In this document: piece after piece, positions 56,687-64,000 of the stretch | Numbering within the stretch: position 1 is the stretch's first letter | Layout of the letters: each line of letters begins with the position of its first letter | The notes under the pieces: generated by a model | Database searches by the model: none | Seen by the model: only the letters and a program-made list of their open reading frames with translations | Told to the model about the DNA's origin: nothing | Program-made: the position numbers and the translations under genes | NCBI RefSeq assembly: GCF_006345805.1 | Contig: NC_043001.1 | Span: 5,704,001 to 5,768,000, forward strand | Reading direction: 5' to 3' | DNA length: 64,000 nucleotides | Origin: Octopus sinensis | Taxonomy: Eukaryota

Positions 56687-56729
56687 CCACCTGAAGATTG
56701 TCGATCAAGACAAGAAACAATTGTAGTGG
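56687..56729 (+). ncRNA. Intact minimal type I hammerhead ribozyme (predicted cleavage after GUA at 56725)
   Basis: ccac(56687-90)-CTGAAGA-ttgtc/gacaa stem II with 6-nt loop-GAA-ACAATTGT palindromic stem III-A-gtgg(56726-29); all core nucleotides and helices present. Confidence 0.9.
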
Positions 56730-56908
56730 CGGTTTTTTTGACTATTTATTAAAATTTTATGTATTGATTAAGTCTTTCCTTGTTTGTTTTGCAAAATAGT
56801 GGTTTTGTCTCTAATAATATTTTATAATATTTTACTATAAAATTGGATTTATCCTAAATCTGATTTTTTCCCTGTAAATTTGGATTTATTCCTAATATTA
56901 TATTATTA

Positions 56909-56952
<44 letters not shown>

Positions 56953-57049
56953 CGTATACACACAGATATATATCATAACTCATTTTATCATATATTAATG
57001 TGTATGCTTACATACATATATACATACATACATGTATACATAAATACAT

Positions 57050-58800
57050 ATGGATTTTTCTTGAGTAGAACTGTATCTCCTCCTCCCCCTCCCCCTCCAA
57101 GTCGGCTAGGAGAAATACATTTCATGTAGTCATTTAGGAGGGGTGAAAAAGCCCGCAGTTAACTTAGTCTGGTTTCAGGAGCAATCCACACTATGCGACC
57201 TTCCAGCTTCACTTCCAGTTCGACCCCAGGCCGAGTACGTTTATATAACATAATTTGAACGAGAGACTAATGATTTTATTTACTTTTTATTTCTTGAAGA
57301 GGGGAGTTGGCATTCCCTCATCTGCCTTAGTGGTCTTTCGGGTACTCCCCTTCAGTCCAGTATATAGATGTCTAGAGAATGTTTTTTTGTACTGTTCCTA
57401 TGTCATGTGGATATTTAGTTTTCAGATCTATGTGTGTGATACTATCTCTGTTGAAGCAAGCAATGCTGTCGGGCAAAATTTTGTTTGTAGCGGGTGTATA
57501 AGGTGTAATGTGTGAGTTGTTTCTTATGATTTCGACCGAAATGTTGTTGTCTGTCTTGATTGCTGTGATATTAATAACTGATTTTCTGGGTAATGTGTCA
57601 GGTGTTTGCGGTTGGTTTGTAGTGGATGTGGCTGTCTCTGATGATTGTGTGTGGTGGAATGTAATGTTCGCTCGTCCTTTTTTTAATTACTGTCCCTTTG
57701 TCCTGGGTATCTTCATTCTCCTGAGCGTCTCTTTTGGTTTCTTTGGTATTTTCTCTTGATGTTTCCATTTTGGTGTAGAGTTGATTGTTTGAGTTGATTG
57801 TCATTGATCTTGTTGGCCATTTGGATTTTACGTGATCCTTTTGCCTACATCTGTAGCACCAGGATTTTCACCCCTCTATCAATATTCTCAGGGCTGTTCC
57901 ATCATGAAGTATTACCTGATCGGTTATGTTTTCCAGGTCTTCTTGTGGAGCCTGTACGATAAGCTCTAGGCCCTGGCCCCAGCAGTTCTGTTGGTGCAGC
58001 TTGGCAGCTTGGAGTATAGTGAGTCTATCCTCCATATTTAGCAAAATGGCTGCCACCAGCAACACCGAGGCTATTTCTGGTGGGCGTCTCCCATTCTGAT
58101 TCGCAAGCTTCACTTTCCCATATAAGTTGGCAGTAATTCCAGTGCTTCCGACATTAGGGGTGTTGTCGATTGCTTTTTGGCCACCTCTTCGGAATCGAAC
58201 TTCGCTTCGACTTAGTGTCTTCCTCTTTTTATAAACTTGATATCTTGCCGAATTGGATGTAGGAATTTCCATCGAAGACACTTCTATTTTCCTTATTTTC
58301 AATGTTGGCGTCTTATGTATAATGGTTTTCCTTTGAATGGATACTATCATTTCCTCCGTGGGTATTAATATGACGTTGGTACCTTCTTTCGCTAGAAGAT
58401 TTTAGTACGTTTCTAATTCATTCAGGTTGAATGTGAAGTTTCCGCGTTAATGCTGGTTACAATATCGAAATTTCTATTGTCGTTTTTTAGTGTTTTGGCA
58501 GGTGGTTTTTCCCGAATGCATAACTGTTGGGTTTAGCTTCTCCCTTTTATCGAGGTTTGGGAGGGAAGAGAGTTTATTATAACAATTTTAAGGACTTCTT
58601 TTTGGCTGCCCAGCTGGTGGCTGTTTTCGATTTATTTCCATATCTATTGTTTGTGCTGTGAAATATACACGAAAATAGGAGAAATAAATTTGCTCCTAAA
58701 ATAGGGGCAATTACAGAGAAACAATCCTGGCCAATTTCAGGTAATGCGTCGACAGGACACAGAAATGTAATAACAGTTCGTAAACAATAACAAGTAAAAG
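57050..58800 (-). mobile_element. L1/Tx1-like LINE: decayed ORF1 (CCHC knuckle) plus start of ORF2 APE endonuclease, broken on the 3' side
   Basis: KSWCYRCRQKDHVKSKWP (57815-57860, last Cys>Trp); FKLCYINVLGLGSNWK (57213-57260) and IAPETRL...SPSRLGGGGGGDTVLLKK resemble APE N-terminal motifs; 5' boundary uncertain. Confidence 0.7.
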
Positions 58801-59356
58801 TCAATCCTACATTTCAAAGGCAGCAAAAGTACATACAAATATAAAAATAAAGTGTCACGATGGAAGTAGAATAACTATAAGCGTAGCCACCAGGCGACAA
58901 AAGACGGTATGAACTGATGTCCAGTCAATCATCCAGTTCAATAATAGACTAAATGGATTTCAATAAAATACGACAATGGGTACACTGCTGGATTTAGGCT
59001 ATAATAAAGTAAAACTAGAAGGGTGCAAAGAGTGATCGGTTGAGGCAAATGTGGTAAAGTAAGTTTGGCTGATATGAGGAAAGGAGAGGAGAAAGGAAAA
59101 GACAGAAAGACAAGGAGTATGAGTGACATATAGGGAGTACGAGAGGTAGGGATAGAGCGGGAGAGAGAGAGAGAATGTGTTTACTGAAAGGAAGAGCGAA
59201 TTTTGATACTTTGTTCTTTACATTTTACTTTCAGTTAACGCATGCGCTTTAGTGAATTAACTATCGTAGCTCAGTCAAAACATGTACAATATGTCCAACA
59301 ACAGTTGTAAATTTCACAATCGAAAGTTTAAGTAATTTTATATCTGTATTCAGATC

Positions 59357-59558
59357 ACCGTATTAAGGATTATTAAAATGGAAACCTCAAGAGAAAATAC
59401 CAAAGAAACGAAAAGAGAGGCTCAAGACAATGAAGATATCCAGGACGAATGGATAGTAATTTTAAAAAAGGACAAGGGAGAAAATACATACCCCACACGC
59501 GATCATCAGAGACACTCACATCCACGACAGTCCAACCGTATTAAGGATTATTAAAATG
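59357..59558 (+). other. 154-bp ORF1-derived insert flanked by a perfect 24-bp direct repeat
   Basis: accgtattaaggattattaaaatg at 59357-59380 and 59535-59558; insert translates METSRENTKETKREAQDNEDIQD, homologous to 57610-57770 on the minus strand. Confidence 0.85.
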
Positions 59559-60312
59559 TATATATATATATATATATATATACACATACATATAGTAGGT
59601 ACTGTATATTTAGAGTGGATGCTTGATAAGTGTAAGCACCTGTATATGCCAGATAGTGGCAGAGGTGCATTATATTAATAATACACTGATGTAATAACGG
59701 AGTGTTTATAAAGCTTGAAACATGTGTAGCGTGATATCCTTTGTGTTCTGTTTTTAATTTATATTTGATATATATATATATATATGCACATACTTATGTG
59801 TGCTTATGTGTTTATATATGTGTGTATATATATTTATGTGTGCGCGTATGTGTGTGGGCTAGTTACTGTCCCTGTGCCTGTATTTATCCCCACCACCACT
59901 GGACACCCGGGATTTGGTCTTTTTTCCTCGAAATGCTATATGAACTAGGCTTAATGTAGCATTGTACATTCCTTCGACTAAAATCATTTAAGGCGATATC
60001 CTGACATCGCTGCAGTCTAATGACAAGGAGAACAGTGATATGCAATTAATTTAATATAATCACATTAATTTAATTATTCTACCCTGAATTTCCATGCTTT
60101 AATATCCCTGTGTGAAACGATCGTATGCATGAAATGAAATTCTCTTAAATTTTTAACATCTCCACTCACTTTTTAACATATTTGTTGAGATCCATGGGAT
60201 ATATTTCCATAAATTCTCATAACACACCATGTACAATTATATTTTCATATTCACAAACATTGCCAGTAAGCTACCAGCTAAATATGAAGAATCTTTATAA
60301 GAAATCGCACAT

Positions 60313-60378
60313 AGCTACAGACGAAATACCGCTAAGCATTTCGCCCGGCGTGATAACGATTCTACCAGCTCGCCGCCT
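60313..60378 (-). mobile_element. SINE family A head-only fragment
   Basis: gacgaaataccgctaagcatttcgcccggcgtgataacgattctaccagctcgccgcc. Confidence 0.85.
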
Positions 60379-60699
60379 TAATCATTTATTAATGTATATA
60401 ACGAGTGTTTCTAACTATTTATTTGCAACTAAAAATTCCTTGTCTGTTTCTTTTATATTTGTATTTAATATCTTTTGAATTTTTAATCAGATATTTCTAA
60501 ATAAATTTATTTTCTTGCAATCCAAATCACATTCTGCTGTCTTATTTTTAATAATGTAACACATCTTTGTTTTGATGTTGATTTATTGCGGCAAAAATAT
60601 TACTTTTCACTTCCTACAATCTTTCTAAAAATATTTACGCTCTTTGAGTCAGACATCTGCGAACACGTTTCCTCGTTTTCGTTATTGTTTACATTCCTT

Positions 60700-60905
60700 T
60701 AATTGTTTTAGTCATTTGCCTGCCGCCATGCTGGAGCACCGGCTTCAGTCCAACAAATCGACCACAGGACTTATTCTACGTAAGTCTAGTGCTTATTATA
60801 TCATTATCTTTAGCTGAACCGCTGGTGTGCGGGTCGAAAACACACCAACATAAGTTTCCAAGTGATGGTGGGGACACACACCCACTCAAACACTGATACA
60901 TACAC

Positions 60906-60951
<46 letters not shown>

Positions 60952-61095
60952 GACGGGCTTCTTTCAGTCTACCACTTCCACTCACGAGTCTTGTGTCGGC
61001 CCAAGTCTATAGTAGAAAACACTTACCTAAATTGCCGGGCAGTGGGAATGATCTCTGAATCATGTGGTTGGGAAGCAAGTTCTTACCACATAGCC
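60700..61095 (-). mobile_element. SINE family B, diverged full copy
   Basis: agtcatttgcctgccgccatgctggagcacc...gacgggcttctttcagt...gaagcaagttcttaccacatagccac. Confidence 0.85.
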
Positions 61096-61653
61096 ACGTT
61101 TGTTTTCCTGTTTTCTTTCCTGTGTCACACTGTTTCGGTTCATATTGGTTTGAATTTTGTTACAAGTGAAACAGTGTTTGGTGGGAGTAGGTGAAGTGCG
61201 TAAGTCCTATCACAAATGATATCGACTCCACCATTTCAGTGGTACTCTTGTTATCCCCTCCAAAACGATGGACGGCAAGGTCAAACTAGGCTGAATTGGC
61301 GTTAAGTATTTTGTTCCATATACAAATCATTGTTCCCACTCGCTGCCATTTATTATATTTCTCTCCCATTTAGTATTTAAGACTTCTCATTCAATAATAT
61401 CTTAGATTCTCATTATCTCAGTATCTCACAACCCCAGTTACACAAATAACTTAAAACTCTGTCTGTCTGTCTCTGTCTCAGTGTGCATGTCTCTCTCTTT
61501 CTCTCTCTGTAGCTCCCTAGTTATCCACCCATCTGTCTATCTGTCTATCCACCTATCAATGTAACTCTACTCCATTGCGTGCACACGTTCACACACACAA
61601 ACACACACAGACGCACACACACACACACACAGATATATATATATATAATATAT

Positions 61654-61686
<33 letters not shown>

Positions 61687-61876
61687 TATATAATATATAC
61701 ATATATACGTATTTACATATACACGCGCAGAAATATCTATATCTATGTATATATATGTGTGTGTATGTGTGCGTATATCAATATATATGTGCGCGTGTGT
61801 AGGTATGTGTGTATATATACTATTTACATATGTATGTATATATGTATGTATATATATATGTATGTATATATGTATG

Positions 61877-61909
<33 letters not shown>

Positions 61910-61913
<4 letters not shown>

Positions 61914-64000
61914 CTTAAACTTTCATAAAGCCAACTGGAAGTCGATTGAGAAAGAGATCCTCAAACAGGATTGGCCTGAATGTCTCTCCACACCGGACAT
62001 AAACATGAAACACAAACACTTCATGTCCATAATACAAGCCATATGTGACAAATATGTCCCAATGTGCAGGGCCAGCACACACAAGAATAAAAACAGGATC
62101 CCTAGAGAAAGGAGGATTCTTATGAGACGACGGACAAGGATTGCAAACCGCCTGAGCAAGCACACCAAAAGTGGTGAGAAGTCTCGGCTCGAAAGAATGC
62201 TAATGGAAACTGAGAAAGTCTACATCAGTCCCATGAAAAGGAGAGAGCAGATAAAGAAGCTTGGGTAATAGAAAATATAAAATCAAACCCTAAAGCTTTC
62301 TTTAAGTTTGTCAAAGAGACAGCCACAGTGCACCAGAGAATAGGACCTCTCTTCCAAAAAGATGGCTCTCTCACAGGAAATCCCACGAGGATAAGTGAAA
62401 TACTGAACGAACAGTTCCAAAGTGTGTTCACTACACCTCTAGGACACAGGCAAGTAAACAACCCAGAAGAATTCTTTGCCACTTTACCAGCGGCCAAAGA
62501 GACAAAAATTGAGTACATCAACATCGAAGAAGATGATATCACACTAGCCATTGATGAGATTGACACAAACTCAGCTGCTGGACCTGATGGATTCCCAGCG
62601 ATCCTTCTCAAATCGTGCAAACGAGCCCTTGCAAAACCGCTACAGCTTCTTTTTCAGAGCTTTCTTGCAAGTGGTAAGCTCCCAGTCAAACTGAAAGAGG
62701 GGGTAATATGCCCTATCCATAAGGGAGGTAGCAGAGCAGATGCTAAAAATTATAGGCCTATCTCTCTGACCTCACACATCAGCAAAGTCATGGAACGAAT
62801 AGTCCGTAAGAAACTAATCATGTTCCTTGAAGAAAATGACTTACTGTCTGACACCCAGCATGGATTTCGACCAGGTAGAGGCTGCCTAACACAGCTCCTG
62901 CAGCACTATGACTGGGTGTTGAAACAGCTACTAAATGGCTCAAATGTGGATGTAATATATCTTGACTTTGCAAAAGCCTTTGATAAAGTCGACCATGGTA
63001 TGATCTGTCATAAACTGCGTGGTCTCGGCATAGGCGGGAAACTTGGAGAGTGGCTGCACAACTTCCTAAAAGACAGAAAACAGGCAGTTGTGAGCAATGG
63101 AGCCACCTCCAGGGAAACGCAAATAACAAGCGGTGTCCCACAGGGCACTGTCTTGGGGCCACTGATGTTCATAGTGGCCCTTTCAGACATGCCTTCAGTT
63201 GCTACGATGACCACCCTTGCTAGCTATGCAGATGACACAAAGGTCTCCCACGCAATACAGAACCCTGAAAATATTGCGCATCTGCAACATGAGCTGGACA
63301 CAATATACAGGTGGGCTGAGGACAACAACATGCAGTTTAATGCAGGTAAGTTCCAGGCCCTGCGCTACTGGCACACAAAGGTAAATGACGTGAAGACTGG
63401 ATACACTGGCCCAGGAAGAATTGCAATCCCTGAGTCAAAATCAGTGCGTGACCTGGGCATTGACATGAGCAATGATGCATCTTTCCAAATGCATATTGCT
63501 AATCTGGTGATAAAATGCAGACGGCTAGCTGGATGGATTCTCCGAACTTTCAGAACAAGAGAGAAGGAGACACTGATGGTCCTATGGAAAACATTTGTCC
63601 TCAGCCGCTTGGACTACTGCTCCCAACTTTGGTCACCACACAATATAAAACAAACAGCAGAACTCGAAGCAACTCAGAGAAGCTACACAAAGAAAATCGT
63701 CTCAATGCAAAATGTCAGCTACTGGGAAAGACTGAAGGTATTAAACCTCTTCTCCCTGGAGCGGAGGCGGGAGAGATATGCAGTAATATACATCTGGAAA
63801 ATCCTGGAGGGTCTTATCCCAAACTTTGGCATTCAAAGTTACTCCAACCGCAGAACGGGGCGCCGCTGCGTGGTGCCAAGGATTCCAACATCACCATCAA
63901 AATACAGGTCCAGATACTGCAACAGCTTGGTTTCAGAGGACCACAGCTTTTCAACATCCTCCCTAAATGCCTGAGAGACTTACATGGTGTGGATGTGGGT
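61910..64000 (+). mobile_element. Young 5'-truncated CR1-group LINE running off the window
   Basis: Begins at a (TA)n edge; ORF2 continuous except apparent 1-nt deletions near 62216 and 63929. Confidence 0.95.
62328..63974 (+). CDS. LINE ORF2 reverse transcriptase domain (partial; frame opens ~62218, true C-terminus shifts frame near 63929)
   Basis: AAGPDGFP, KNYRPISLTS, QHGFRPGR, YLDFAKAFDKVDH, SGVPQGTVLGPLMF, YADD (63225-63236), RDLGI, RLDYCSQLWSP. Confidence 0.93.
   Translation: MHQRIGPLFQKDGSLTGNPTRISEILNEQFQSVFTTPLGHRQVNNPEEFFATLPAAKETKIEYINIEEDDITLAIDEIDTNSAAGPDGFPAILLKSCKRALAKPLQLLFQSFLASGKLPVKLKEGVICPIHKGGSRADAKNYRPISLTSHISKVMERIVRKKLIMFLEENDLLSDTQHGFRPGRGCLTQLLQHYDWVLKQLLNGSNVDVIYLDFAKAFDKVDHGMICHKLRGLGIGGKLGEWLHNFLKDRKQAVVSNGATSRETQITSGVPQGTVLGPLMFIVALSDMPSVATMTTLASYADDTKVSHAIQNPENIAHLQHELDTIYRWAEDNNMQFNAGKFQALRYWHTKVNDVKTGYTGPGRIAIPESKSVRDLGIDMSNDASFQMHIANLVIKCRRLAGWILRTFRTREKETLMVLWKTFVLSRLDYCSQLWSPHNIKQTAELEATQRSYTKKIVSMQNVSYWERLKVLNLFSLERRRERYAVIYIWKILEGLIPNFGIQSYSNRRTGRRCVVPRIPTSPSKYRSRYCNSLVSEDHSFSTSSLNA

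Larger units (their letters stand above)
53300..56900. mobile_element. 3.6-kb non-coding foldback element (family H3) with ~390-bp inverted arms, each carrying an HHR; Penelope-like pseudo-LTR architecture
   Basis: 53300-53690 is the reverse complement of 56431-56822; embedded in (TA)n on both sides; internal tandem modules at ~55130-56260; mirrored CA-rich/GT-rich composition. Confidence 0.8.

Noticed and set aside
62225-63214. Minus-strand ORFs over the LINE
   Set aside because: Antisense shadows of the RT ORF.

Overview
AT-rich, repeat-saturated eukaryotic non-coding DNA, inferred to be cephalopod (most likely Octopus) from its tRNA-headed SINE families and extreme (TA)n/(CA)n density. 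No host protein-coding exon could be supported. Most ORFs in the supplied track are microsatellite read-throughs or antisense shadows. Supported content: (i) three tRNA-derived SINE families in many copies, several with target-site duplications (TSDs); (ii) LINE pieces: a young CR1-group RT at 61.9-64 kb, a decayed CR1-group copy at 17-18.6 kb, a CR1 3' end at 29.9 kb, and an L1/Tx1-like ORF1 plus endonuclease start at 57-58.8 kb; (iii) mariner (DD34D) and maT-like transposase remnants; (iv) a probable non-autonomous Helitron-like element. The most striking unannotated signal is a set of small non-coding elements from several unrelated families carrying minimal type I hammerhead ribozyme (HHR) motifs. 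They mostly abut (TA)n tracts and are repeatedly arranged as inverted (foldback) pairs or palindromes. One HHR (56687-56729) is structurally intact. HHRs in Penelope-like elements and retrozymes are established; the families and architectures here are described from sequence only. All alignments and folds were done by eye.
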